Of a stretch of 59,973 nucleotides of DNA, positions 10,733-24,700 are shown in pieces. The notes below the pieces were generated by a model, which searched no databases, was not told the DNA's origin, and saw only the letters and a program-made list of their open reading frames with translations. The position numbers and the translations under genes are program-made. Positions within the stretch are counted from its first letter, which is position 1. Each line of letters begins with the position of its first letter. The DNA is taken from IMG/VR virus record IMGVR_UViG_3300045988_079322, one strand, 5' to 3'. This DNA is from a virus.

Positions 10733-13514
10733 AATACTATTCCACCTTCATACGCATTTGATTTGTTAAACACTTATAGTTTATTACACAGAATTGAGCG
10801 CTTTCTAGAGCGATATATTTAATCATATTATCCAATGGGTTAAGTGTATATCTCCCTGTGGGACCGATTTTTACAGTAATAGGATTACTTCCATCAGCAT
10901 TTGAGCTAAGAAGAATAGTAGTTCCTTCGTCTGCTTCTATATCGAACAAAGTAATATCACTAAAAGTGTAATAAATCTCTCCGTCTGTTAGCTGTCCATC
11001 GCTACTTAATTCAAAGTGTGTATTATATATAAGCTCAACTTGCTTTTGTGTCTCTTCTTTTATTATCTCGTAGATATTTACCGTTTTATATAGATTAAAA
11101 GTCGTATTATCAACAATAATATCTCCTTGTTTATCCCTAACTAGAAATTTTTCCATATTCGCAGGAACATTACTAAATATGCGATATGTGTCACTATTCT
11201 TATAATCATAGTTATAAAACTTTAAAACACCATCTGTTCCTGTAAATATTCCAGAAATCTAACCCCAAATACGAGAAGCATCAATAGCAGAAACAACTCC
11301 CACTGAAACATCTTCAACCTAATTTAACTGACAAACATAATTCACAATAATAGGAACTGTTGATGCAGATAGAGATAGAGAATTAACATTCTCACTTAAA
11401 TGATACATTCTACCTGGTGCAACTAAGATCCTTGAACCATTAACATTAATTTCAATAGTCGCAGATTCAGGCCCATCAAGAGCAAGAATTAAATTTTCAC
11501 ATTCCTCAATCTATCTATCATACTCAGAAGTATCTTCTTCATTACCTGCGGCTTCCGCTCTAAGAGCTTCTAATTCTAGTAGCTACGCGGTTAGATCTAT
11601 CTTTGGGTATTGTTCAACTAGGATATCAGTAACCTAAACTAAGTTTAGTTTATACCCTCCACCTATGCTAACCTCTTCCTATTCTCTTATCTTTGCGTAT
11701 AAGTCTATATTTCGACCATAAATTCCGCTTATCTGCCCAAAGGAATTTATTCTATCTTCGCTTGCTAAACTCTCAAATTCACCAATATCAATTATATTAA
11801 CTTCATTTAAATTTTCTATGGTGTTCTCTAATACTTCATATGCCGTAGCAGAAAAAGAATAGAGCATGCGGCCGACCGTATTATTCGGAGTCAAAGAAAT
11901 ATTAAGCAAGCCTATAACTATATTCCCTTCGGTTGGAGACTTAAATAATTTATAGTTAAAATCATTTAAAAATTCTTCTACCTTTTCTCTAAAAGCTCTT
12001 TCAATGAAAACATTATCATCTGTTAAATCAGTTGAAATAGATAATTTACTCTCATTAGTTGAGACTTCTGAATGAGTTGTCTATCTCTCTTGACATTTTC
12101 CTCTAACCACATTTTTGATAGTAAACTTATCTTCTGGGATTGCAAGTTTGCCATTATAATAAAGGCCATCATCATCTAGAGAGAAGAATGTCTAATATTC
12201 ATCCATCTAAAAACTAATCAAACCAGAAATAGGAAATTCTGCATAGTAAGCATTACCATTCTAAATTAAATGAGGGTATTTATCTCCTAAAGTATCCTAT
12301 TTACTTCTTAAAGTGGTATGTTTAAAGCTGGATAAGGTTTGATTGAGTGATAGTTTTAACTATACTCCATCTCTATAAATATAGCTGTGCTCAAAATCAA
12401 CACTACGACCTTGGTTAGAGGTTTCATATACCTAGGAAGTCCGCAATCCTGCGGAGTTCTCTTGCTATATAGCGTATTTGTATCTAATTCCGCTTTCAAT
12501 AATAAAATCGGTATAGATTAGTGAATCGTTCAAAACCTAATTAGAAAATTTAAGATACTTCAAATCTTCCCATATCTAATAATTATCTTTCTCTGAACTT
12601 CTAGTTATTACATAACTTCCACTTAATCCATCTTTTGCTGTGCAAAAAATCTTTATACAACCATTCTCTTTGCAATATATATCGCTATCTTCAACTCTTA
12701 TAGATACTCCTTCTAAATCACCTAGATAAGTTCGACTAACAGAAAAATTATACTAATCAGACTCTCCCTCATAACCATTGACGGTAATAATAGAGTACAC
12801 AACAGTATAATCTTCACTATTAGTTAATACTGTTTTAAATCTATGAGTATCTGTATTATTAATAGAGCCATTATGCTAGATCCACCCAGAGCTTTCGATT
12901 AAATCACTGAGATCCTACGAAGAACCTTTGTATAAATCAAATTTATATTTATCCAATAATTCATTACTACTAGATTCAATCTTGTAACTGCCAATAAATA
13001 GCGGTGTTAAAGTTGCTTCTACTCGTTCTGTAGATATAACATCTTCTCGCTTTGCCTCGTCGTTTTCTATAATAATAGTCGGAGTATCTATCGCTTTAAT
13101 TACCATTACAGTAGACCATTCAGAGAAAGCTCCTTCATCTATTTGCTATTGTTTCCATGTTGCAAATTCATCTACCGAGGTATACATAGGATTAATTCCA
13201 AAGCGCATCTGCACTTTATATAAATACCCTGGCTACCAAGATTCGAACAATTCATTTTTATTGATTGATACAAAATACTAATTGCCCAGGGAACCAATAG
13301 CAGAGGGTGCTTTATAGATTGTCCCATCTGGGTATTGATTTGTATTAACAATGCTTTTATTATTCGACTAACGCACTATTCTTACCTATATATGTCCTAT
13401 ATCATTAAAAGATGTAATTGACTGTAAGGTAAAATAGATTTGATATACATTCACACTGGCTAGAAACGCTGGCTATGTGCTCTACAGAGTAGGCGGGTAA
13501 ATACTAATTGGCAT
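10725..13514 (-). CDS. Tail structural protein, about 929 aa, multiple in-frame TAG
   Basis: AAAGGAGG Shine-Dalgarno then ATG 13512-13514. Fragments 12915..13106, 11679..11909 and 10737..11156 are all in this frame. It reads through TAG 10737 to TGA 10725-10727, overlapping the next start. Confidence 0.4.
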
Positions 13515-13579
13515 AGTTAACGCCTCCTTTTTCTCATCTAAGATATTTAAAAAATCTTATATCATTAATAAAGATAATT

Positions 13580-13616
13580 GGCCAAAAGGCTGACGAGTTT
13601 TATTCCTCGTCAGCCT
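13580..13616 (-). terminator. Intrinsic terminator (minus strand) after the small late gene
   Basis: Hairpin AGGCTGACGAG-n7-CTCGTCAGCCT followed by a U-run on the minus strand. Confidence 0.4.
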
Positions 13617-13971
13617 CCACCATAAAGTATAGAATATTCATAACCTTTAAAGGAATATCATATCCCTACAAAATATCAATAGAAAAGGTAGCTAATGGAA
13701 CGCTAGTATTTACAGCTAATAAGTTATTTAGTTCTTTATTCGCCGCGTCTCTTTTCTCTTCTGGGATTGAATAAGTAATATCGTCTACTTGTTCTCCATA
13801 CCTTTCAATAATTTTCTTGCGCTCATTATAAATATCCTCAGCAATAGAAGAAAGAATTTTTAAATTTCTTATCACCGAATATGACACACTTGCGGGAAGG
13901 CATGATTGATCTTGAACTATATTACTTAATCCCTCGGTTATTTCTAAAATATCCTTGTTTGACATTTTCAT
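13600..13971 (-). CDS. Small late protein, about 123 aa, one in-frame TAG
   Basis: AAAGGAG Shine-Dalgarno then ATG 13969-13971. TAG at 13666 is read through to TAA 13600-13602. Confidence 0.4.
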
Positions 13972-14019
13972 AATTAAAACTCCTTTTTCTCTTATGGCGA
14001 AACTGCGTCAGCTAGTGCT

Positions 14020-17000
14020 TCAAATAATGCAGCACTAATCAAAGTTCTATCTGCGGTAACTTTTGAAGTCCCGCAAGCCGATGCCATAGAATTATAAATA
14101 CTTGCGGTTATCCAATCACCCCTTGAAACTTTTAAATAATCATATGAAGAATACTAGTTTGATTGACTGCGCCAACTTTTATATTTACCAACCTAATCAG
14201 CTAATTCATTCCAGTTAGCTGCGGTGGCATAATCCGCTATATAATCCCCCGGACTGCATCCAAAAGAAAAACCAGTTGGTTGCGTATATACAGTTACACT
14301 ATCTGATGCAGAACCTAAGCTAACTGTTGTTCTAGATGTAGTTGGACCAGTTGTTGTTGTTACATCTTCATAAATTGGTTTTCCATTTTCGTCTTTTCCA
14401 ACCTCTTGTCTATGAGTGGACCATCTAGTTACAGTAGTGGTTTTTGTACATCTAGCGCTCAATGTTCCTCTTACTGTATTTGCTCTACCTGCGGTTAAGC
14501 CAGTAAAATTATGAGTTGGTTCTTTTGAACTAGAAGTTCCTCCATCACTAAAACTCCAACTCCATACTGTATTACTATAAGAGATAGTAGTTCTAGAACC
14601 ATTTTTACTATCTCCGGTTGTGGTTGTTCCAGAATCGCTTGGATATACCCATCCCACCGCAGTACAACTTATTGAAGCATATCTCTATCCAACACTAGAA
14701 TAAGAGGGAGAGTGTAAGGTTACAGAACCCATATATAATCACTCCTTATGCAAACTAGGCATAAATACCTTTCTATCCAGATTTTGGTACATTCATGTTG
14801 AAATTTTCTGCATTTACCCAGATACCTGCTCCCTCAGCATTTAAGGCTATATTTCTTGCAGACTAAAGAATAATACTCTATCCCTAATCAAGTGTTCTAA
14901 TACCAATATTGTCAGTAACACCATCATCATCTCTACCAGGTACATATCCTAAAAATCCAAGATAAGTATTCCAGCGACCATGATCATTATAATATATTTG
15001 TACCTATTCTGTCTATACTAAGCCGTTAAACAATCTTGTAGTACCATTCTCTAATCCATCTTCACTAATAGTCCACCCGCCGATTTCGCCATTATCACAG
15101 GTTAAAGTAGTCGCATTAATATCTCCACTAATATCTACATTATCAGATTCAAAATCTTCACATACAATTCTACCATTTGAATATAAGGTAGTTCCGCCTC
15201 CAGAGATTCTACTTGGGCTAATAGTCCACCCGCCGATTTCGCCATCGTCTGCATAAATTGAGCCATTAATCGTTGCATTTTTACACTACATCTCACCTGA
15301 ACTGGTAACATAAAAATAAGAAGAACCAGAAAAAACAGGTCTATCTGCTGTACTACTAGAGCTGGCTCCGGCCCAGAAACGATAAGTTCCTGAACTTGCT
15401 ATACCGGTTCTGTAGTTATCACTAGTGAGTTTATTAGAAGAAAGGATCCATCCTCCAATATTTCCCTATTTAGCAGTAATTAATCCACCTTTAGAGACAG
15501 AAAATTTAGCACTTGAAGCAGTTGCACTACCAGCCCACATAGCAAAATCATTATTGTTTGTAGGTGTAGATGTATTAGTAGGTGACTAGCTATTCAATTC
15601 AACTCTTGTTGAACCAGAACCACTATATAGTCTATTAGTTTCAATAGTCCAACCATTAGATCCAGTTTTTGTGCCACCTATCTTACCAGAAGAAGCATAA
15701 ATAGTTCCTGAAATTTCAGCATTGGCCGCACTTACAGTACCATTATATTTTACTGTAAAAACGCCACCGCCGATTTTAATAGCCTCTGTAGAGCCATCAG
15801 CTTTAAGATCTGCTAGCGTAATAGTCATTCCATTGGATGCGTCTCCACCTTCACCAGAAGAATTTCCTCCTCCATAAATTTCGGCAGAGGTACCATCAAT
15901 AATGATCTATCCACCACCAGTTTTGGATCCAAAGAAGGCTGTACCATCTTCCATTAAGCCAAAGGTATTAATCCCCGCTTTATATCCATACAAACCGATT
16001 TTAGACTAAACACTATCTTTTCCCATTACTACGCCAGTAAAACGATTAAAACTATCTTTTTCTCCTGCACCTATCTACGGTGCCAAAATATACTGACCAT
16101 TTTCTTCATCAATTTCAAGCTATGTACCATCCCACCCATTAATTAATTCATTTCCATAGGTGTCAAGATACAAGATAATTGGATGATAAATACATTTTCC
16201 CTCATATTCACACTTTAACAATGCAATACTATTATCTTCAAAAACAAAGCTAGAAGCTGGTTCTAAGTAGTAAAGACCATCCTATTCTTCTATTGTTAGT
16301 ATTTCTTCCACAATAGAAGTAATATTCTTGCTCTAATCAACTTCATTGACAATAAATTCAATATTATTGCTATAGAACTAGGGATTTACTCCAGAAGCAG
16401 TATATTTAATATAAGAAGGAATAGAGCTAATATCAATACTCTCTATTTCTTGATCAGAAAAATTAACAGCGACATCAATAGGATAATTACTATAAATATC
16501 ATAAGTTCTATTATTCTTATTATCATTAATAGTAACTTGTACTTTCACATAACCGCCAATGGGAGTAGATACCAGTTGATTATCTCCACTAATTATCTTG
16601 CGGTCATCCAAGGTGCTATCCCCAATATTAACATTAACCCCTGTCCATTTATAGGTCAATGTATAGTTTCCATTGTCGTTAATTAACTCTCCATCTTTAT
16701 ATACGTAACATCTTAAAGGTAAAGTATTTTGCCATGAGTTATCCCTATAGATAAGAGGAACCAGGCCAGAAAGTTTTAGACCAGTATTTTCATCAAAAGG
16801 ACGAATTGCAGTAACATAGGTCGTACCATTAGTACCCTAATCTCCATCTTTTAAGAATAAAATCTCTTTCTAGAAAGAGTATCTCTATTCATCCATAGTA
16901 ACTATACGAACTAAGATAGTATTATTATTAAAATTAACTTTATACTTCTATTTAATAGTATAATGTAAAATATTGCTATTGTCAACCCAAAGATTTTCTA

Positions 17001-18666
17001 TCATAGATTCACTAGGATTATATCTTGAATTAGTGATATTTTTCCCATCTGGGCCAATCCATTCAACCTTATAAGAAGTTCCAACTCCATCTTTCCAAGT
17101 TAAAACAACCTAAAGAGTTCGTTCCTTCTCAGCATCTTCTATTGTTATATCTCCGTTTGCATCATATCTAAAGGTATCTTCTCCATTATAAGTGATTGTA
17201 ACATCTTCCTCGGAAGAACTATTTGTGACAAGATGTTCTAATACACAAATAATCTAGCTATGCTCTTTATTATAAACGCCGCAAACAAAAGTAACAGAAG
17301 AATATAGCAGTAAATTAGTTACAGTGATAGAATTTTGTTTTAACCCTACTGCGGTATAACTTCCATCTGGATAAAGCATATACCAATCTCCAATTAAAAC
17401 AGTATCATCTGCATTGTTCTAAATTTGAATGATAATATCTTCACCAACCGTAGTTTGATCTAACTCAAAACTATAGTCACTTGTTAAGTTATAAATCGTT
17501 GTTTCTGCGCTTAATGTCACGCTATCATTATATACAACGATCAATTTATACTACTTTTGATACTCAACCTATTCAGCATTAAGTGTCAACGTATTGCTCT
17601 CGGACGCTGTGACGGGAGCCCATCCTACCCCAGCATTTTTGTCGTACAAATCGCTCCCTAGTAAAACACTTACATCCCTCTCAAACCACTTACATTCACA
17701 GGTTTCTTCGTTCATAATATTATCGCCCTAATAAATCAATCTACCAACCAAATCAAGAGAAGAGATCTCGTTAGTGAATGAGTTTCCTCGCGGGGCCGAT
17801 ATATCTAAATAATATAAATTATCAGTTAAATCTTTCTGTTCAACAAACTGAATCTCTATATCCTTTACAAAAATATTAGGTACAGTTCTATTCTCTTTAT
17901 CTGTAACTATACCAGATTCTACATAACGATCATAGACAAAGTTTTCTTCAAATAATTTAATTTGTTTAAGTCCAGTTAAATAATTTTTTTGAGTTTTTAT
18001 GACTACAGATTGCGGGCTGTAGACCTAAAAGCGATATGGATCTCCATTAAAAGAACTTAGATCTAGTTTATAAGAAACTATATCCCCACTTTTTGTGAAA
18101 AACTATATATCTAAACCATAATTTCCTTTTGTATGTTCACAATGGAAAGTAGTCAAGAAAGAAGCCTTGATTCTAATAAGTTCGTTATTATTTGCGTATT
18201 GTTGGAATAATCCATGATAGCCCTCTTCAGTACCGTCATAAATAATCTATTGACTTAGATTACTATCGGCAGGCGCTCCAGCTACAACGCCCCTTTCCGC
18301 ACTTTTATTATATTCATACATGGTATCAAAGGTTGGGCTTTTCTCTATTATTGAATTAGATAAAGATAGCATCTCTCCGTATGATAGCGACTATTCACTT
18401 GTTTTACATACTATTCTTTTCCTTGCTGACAAGTCATCTTGAGGTATGGTAACGTATACAGTATCTCCTACTTTATATTGCTTTTTTACATCATCAGAAA
18501 AAGCAGATACTATATTACCAGAATATTTAACTTTATATTCTCCAGTATCAAGATTAACTATACTATTGATCTCTGCTGAAACAGTTTTATCATAAGTTAA
18601 TTTTGATAGTGCTTTATCAACAAGAATATCTATTGTCTAAAAGATAGATTCAGAAGCTGTATTCAT
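14020..18666 (-). CDS. Very large tail fibre or receptor-binding protein candidate, about 1,548 aa, with repeated GEIGGWTI-type motifs. It is treated as one ORF only because all fragments share one frame.
   Basis: AGGAGGAAG Shine-Dalgarno then ATG 18664-18666. ORF-track fragments 16378..16659, 15586..15828 and 14193..14657 lie in the same frame. AGTCCACCCGCCGATTTCGCC occurs twice (15069, 15229), encoding GEIGGWT. TGA at 14020-14022. Intervening TAA/TGA stops were not exhaustively excluded. Confidence 0.3.
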
Positions 18667-18717
18667 ATTCTTCCTCCTTTTACTCATAGGGAATAATAGG
18701 GGAGATTTTCTCCCCTA

Positions 18718-21700
18718 TTATTCTTTTCTTCTATTCGCCCATTGAGTAGCATCATCCGCCAAACTACGAATAGCATCTTGAATTTCATCAGAAGATGTCG
18801 CATTGGGGAATTCAACTCGTTCAATATTTATATTTGGCTAAACCACATTATCTGTCGGCGCAATCTAGGTATTAGTTCCCAATCTAGATGCCATAATACT
18901 AGAAATAGATAATGCATTTCCATCAAGAGTTTTCTCAATAGAGGCTATAAAACTAGGTCCAAAGGCTCTCATAGCAGAGACCGCCGCCAAGATATTTTTC
19001 GTATCCTCTTGATTTAAAACTAGCTCTTTTTCATGCAAGAAAGCTAATTTAGCATTATCAAATTCTCCGGTATATCCTCCAGTATCGAAACCACTTATCT
19101 AACTTTCTTTTAGCCATCCATAGGCAGAATTATTAGACTGCACATGGATTGGATATGGTCTACCCTTAGCTATATTTGTTATTCTAACCTTTTTACCTGG
19201 ACTACGTCTACCAGCAGGATCAGTACCATAAGAGTCATGATAATAAGTTCCGCCAATATAAGTAACTTCGTCTCCTACTTCGGGGATTCCATTACCCCCT
19301 CCGGTTCCACTGCTAGAAGACCCACTACCACTATTACCTGAGTTACCTTTATCAGTATCAGAAGATTGACTTGAATCAGAAGAAGGTAAGTCATCTTTAT
19401 CTATACTTCCTGCACTTTCTATTGTGCTACCAGCAGCTCTAGCGGCTTCTTCAAGCGCTCTTATATATTCTCTGACTGAATCGGCCATATCTAAATACTC
19501 TTGACTTAAATCTTGAATAGTGCTTATCTATTCTAACATCTAAGTAACGGCATTTGATCCAGCCTCAGAGCACAAATCAGTAGAAGTTGAAACATCGTCG
19601 ATATAATCTTTTAAATCATCGAGACTTGTTCCAGTCTAATCGGCTACTCCAGAAACAGTAGTTTGATAATCTTCCATCGCTCCGCTAGCTTCATCCATTG
19701 CATTAGATAAAAACTCTTCAAAGTTACCAGCATTAGCGGTCATATTGGCTAAGTCTTTCGCAAATACATTATCAAATAGGTCAATAAGTTTTGTATTACT
19801 TCCTACTATATCTTGAATCTACTCGTTATCTGATAGTAACAAATCAATAATGCTAGAGCCAGAGTTAGCTATAATATCTTGAATTTCTTGACTTGTAATT
19901 CCAGTTAGGTCACTTACCTCGTCTCCCGCAACAATAGCCATATCAATTAAAGCTTTATTGCCGGCTTCGGTCATATCCTAAATAGCGATCTATTTTTCGT
20001 TCTCTAGGTCCTTAACCTTCTGCGTATAATAAGAATAGATTTCTTGCGCGCGGGCAGATCTTTCTTCATCAGTCAAGGTCATATCAGAATAGATTTCTTT
20101 TATCTTATCTTGACATTCTTGCCAAGTAGAAATAATCTCTCCTGTAACATCCTCTACCTACTGCTTTGCTATATTATACCACTCATTCTCCGCATCAAGC
20201 AAATTCTATTCTGCGTCAGCTATCTGGCTCGCATCTGCGGTGTATTGATAATTCCAGTTACCTTGACTATCTCTCACTAGTCTAAGTTGATTTTTCGCAT
20301 TTTGAGCATCTTCAAGTGCCATCTAAGCCTAAAGAACATTATACTTAGCTTCGAGAATTTCTAAATCGTATTCAGATAAGGTATTGTTCTCTCTACGTAT
20401 ATCAATTTCCTCTTGTAGCTATTTTAACTAATCTTTCATCTTAGAGTTAGTAGCCTTATCAATATCCTGTTGTAGTTTATTATACCAAGAAGATACCTCA
20501 TACGCTTCATTTACTTTATCTAAATATCTATCCTCTTGCTCGATATAATGATCAAACTTGTCTTGTAGTAGATCTAATCCTACTCCGCCAGAAACAGCCT
20601 ATCCAAATTCATATACTGCTCTCTCAATAGCTTGAGTATACATCTCCTAGGCAGTTTCCATAGCGGCTTGCGCAGAACTTAACATAGCCTCTTGTGCTTC
20701 ATTATATTCTTCTAGTAGAGCATCTCTATTAGCTTTTAGACCATCATATGCAGGATCCGTTTCATCTCCGCCTAATGCGTCTAGTGCAGCTTGAGCTTCC
20801 AATAATTCTTGACGGATTCCATCGTACCATTGTTTATTTAGCTGCGCATTGGCGACCTGAGCCTTCATAGTTTCTTCGCTTACTTCCTGAAGCTACTCAA
20901 ATCCTTCCTCAGTCTTATATGTAACTCCCTAAAGAGCATATAGTTCTTTGATAAGTCCTAGAACGGATTCATTATGGTCAAGCTAATCAGTAAAAGCTGC
21001 AAATCTTTCTGACGCGGCATCTAATGCATCTGGTAGCATTTCTTCAAGACCTTCTACCCAATCAAGCAAAGCTTCCGCAGTAGAAATCATTTTACCTTGC
21101 AAGTCAGATAACTTGCTTACAATCTCATCAATATTAGTCGCATCTGTGGCATTAGCTAATTCTTCCTGATAACTTTTAAGGGCTTCTTCATAGCTCTTGA
21201 TGATTTCCTTATTCTCATTCATACTGTTTTCATCAATACGAGCGACTTCCATTCCATGAGTTAGTTCATCACCAAAAGATTCTGCTATTTGTCTTGTTAG
21301 CTCATTAACCGCATCTTTAGCATCTTTTATATCTATTGCAACTTCAAGTTTATATTCAATCTAATTTAATCTATTATCTGCAATATTTCTTTCTAGCTCT
21401 TCTTGCTCATCTTTTACATCTTGAATCTTGTCAAGAGTTTCTTCATATTGAGCTAAAGCGTCCTAACGAGCCTAGAATAATTCATCAGCAACTTCTTTTT
21501 GTAATTGCCAACTATCATATTCTGCCTATCTAGCCTCCTATTCATCTTTAGTAAGACTGCTAAACATTAATAAGAAAGCGTTGTAATCGGTTAAGAAGTT
21601 ATTATTATAATCATCAACAATAGATTGAAGAACGTCTTGATAACCTTCAATTTCTCCATTTTCATCAAAAGTAAGAGAATTGTTGAATAATCCTTGAAGG

Positions 21701-24700
21701 TCTGATCTATCTTTCTCAAGATAGGTCTCAGCCTCATCAAGCATCTTATTATAATTAGCTTGCTGTTTTTCTAACTCTTGAAGCTCTTTCTAATAAGCCT
21801 ATAATTTCTTCGCTCCATATGCTCTATCTATATTATTACCAATATCATCTAATAAATCATTCTAATTCTCAATCTCACGAGTTATTTCATGGTATCTATC
21901 TTCTATATCTTCAAGAGTTTTTTCATCTTCGGCATCATATTTTGTACCTTCGTTATCTCCGCCAGAATCTTTATTTCTAATATTGTCTGTTGCTATTCTA
22001 TTCGGATCTAATGCTCCATCAGGATCAAATGCAAATGGCTCCTAACCATAATCAAAAATACCATTCTATCCAGATCCCGTACCCTAAGAAGATAAATATG
22101 AACCAGCTTCTTTTAGAGCATTAGTAAAATTACCAATAGCATCTCCGCCCTCGCCGGAAATTTTTAATCCTAGAGTGGGAAGCTCAAAAGGAAGATCCGC
22201 TTTGCCAGCTAGCCAATCATCTATCTATAATTTTCCCCATGATTTTACATATGGAGTAAAACCTAAATCATATTCAAAATTAGAAATTAAATCTCCTAGT
22301 GCTGTTAGAACAGCCCCAGCCGCCTATGAAGTTGAGCTAATTGTATTAGCACTCTCGGACATAGTAGAATTAATAACGGCTCCAGCGATACTAGCATCAG
22401 TGGACATTGCTTGCATTAAAGCATCGGCGCTTGTATCTAGTCCATTTGCTAGCGTTATTCCCTAATCAAGAACACCCTAGAGAATCCTTTTATAAGATTC
22501 GTTATTAGTCTATTCTAGTCCTACGAGCTATTGTCCAATACTTGATACCATTGCCTAAAATTCTGTCGCAGTAGTATCGAAATTATTATCAATGGTAAAA
22601 TCTATCGCTCCAAAGCTATCAGCATAGTTTAATAAGTAATCGTAATTATCTACTAAACTATTTACAATTCCCATCATGTCTTGGGCATCGCTCACTTGTT
22701 TTTCCCAAGTATTTAAATTAGATATATCAGACATGGTTCTGGCATATTCTTCCTCAGAAATTGTAGTTTGATCTACTCCATCTTTGAGTTCCCAAACTCC
22801 GTCTGTATTTTTTGTAATATTCTAATTTAATTTAGACTAAGCCGTAATTAATGCTTTCGTGGCAGCGATTGTTCCCTCATAGTAATCATCCATATTGATG
22901 GTTCCAGATTTAAACTTTTTATTTAAATCTATCAGTCCATCCCCTATAGACCCGGTTGCAGCGACCAAAGTAGCTTCATATAAATCAGTTTCTTCTATAT
23001 TATCGTCAATTTCTTCGTTTAATCTATGAAAGCCTGCATTTATATTGCTTAATCTTTTATTAATCGTATCAAAATATTCTTGGGCAGATATTGCCCCCTC
23101 CTGATACGCTTTCGCATTATCACTAAGGGCCTATGTTCTCTCTTTAAACAATTCTACATCAGTTTCACTTGTAAACGTATAATCATTTATTGCATTTGAA
23201 TCACTGGCTCGCGATACTAATTCATCCCACATATTAATATAATTCTAGAGATAATCAGTATTTACCCCATATTTTTCTTTCATAGATTCTATTGTAGCAT
23301 CAAGAATTTGCTCTTCTTGTCGTTCAGAATCTAAAAATGTCTAAAGAGACTAATTTGTTAGTTTATACGCATCTCCAACTTTAACAATATACTAAGCATA
23401 TCTTTCATCTGCATTAATGAGTTCTTGAACTTGATCCATGGTTAGATAGCCTTCTTGATCCTTATATGACTATAAGGCAGATTCAAGAGCACTCTAACTA
23501 TTATTTAATTCTTCCAATATAGATTTTAAGTCGTCTATTCCCTTTACATTTATATTTATTTCATTAATTTTATAATTATCTAAAAATTCCTATAATTCTT
23601 CAACCGCATCAAAATTATCTATATTGACATCCATAAGGATTTCCCAATCCTCATTTGATAGAGAATCAAAATCAAAATCACTAAATTTACTTTCTACTTT
23701 TTCCTTTGCTTCATCTACTCTGCTATCTACAAAAGTTAAAAACTCATCTACGCTGACTCCAGCTAACATTAATTCATTTTTAATGGATTCTGTTATCAAA
23801 CCAGAGGCTGCACTAATATCACTACTAGCCAAAGTGCTATAAAGCTAAGTAGAAATCTATTTAACTGATTGGTTATCTAAAATTGGTTTTAATATAACCT
23901 CTTCATATTCACTTTGACTGCCATAAAGATTTTTACGAATAAGAGATAACTGCTCCTGCATTGAAGCTATCATTTCTGGATTATACTCAATAACCCCGTC
24001 AGTAACAGATTTAATATATGCAGCATAATCATCTTCTGCTTGCTATATAGCTTCAGAATTGTCAGTTACCCACTGTGCCGTAATCTATTCATTTTGAGTA
24101 ACCCAATCTTGATACTCTACTAAGTAATCACGATAGGCATCAGAATTTTTATCAAGGCCCTAAGTAATACTATTAAACCAAGTGTCTGCATCTACGTACT
24201 AATCTTTATAAGTATATCTATTCTATTCAAGTACAGATTGAGCATTTGGATCATTTAAATCCATGCTCTATTCTAACTCTTTAAACCAGTCCTAGTCTCC
24301 ATTGTATTCATTCCAACTTCTCCACTAGGTTAAATCTGGTCCTCCTGCCAAACTCTTAGTAGATTTATCATAATTCTCTTCGATAGTTTTTGCCTAGGCT
24401 TTTTGCGCTTCTTCTGTTAACTTCTCTTGTAACTCAACCTATCTCTACAAAGAAGATTCTGCCTATTTAAGTTTTTCTAATTCTTCTTGTTCGACTATAC
24501 TTAAAGAATCCTAATTATTTAATTCTTCTATTCTATCTTTCGTTGTCTATAATTCAGAATTTAAAGATTCTAATGCAGATTTCTAATCCTCATAAGCCTA
24601 GGTAGCACTAGATATTTTTTCTCTAGCCTCTTCTTCCGTAACAATAATGAGAGAAATAACATTAACAAGTAAGGTTACTCCCAAAGTGATTAACCCAATA

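Noticed and set aside
18696-18728. Hairpin AATAGGGGAGATTTTCTCCCCTATT as terminator of the tape measure gene
   Set aside because: The tape measure stop codon lies inside the stem and there is no U-tract on the transcribed (minus) strand side. It is more likely an intra-operon structure.
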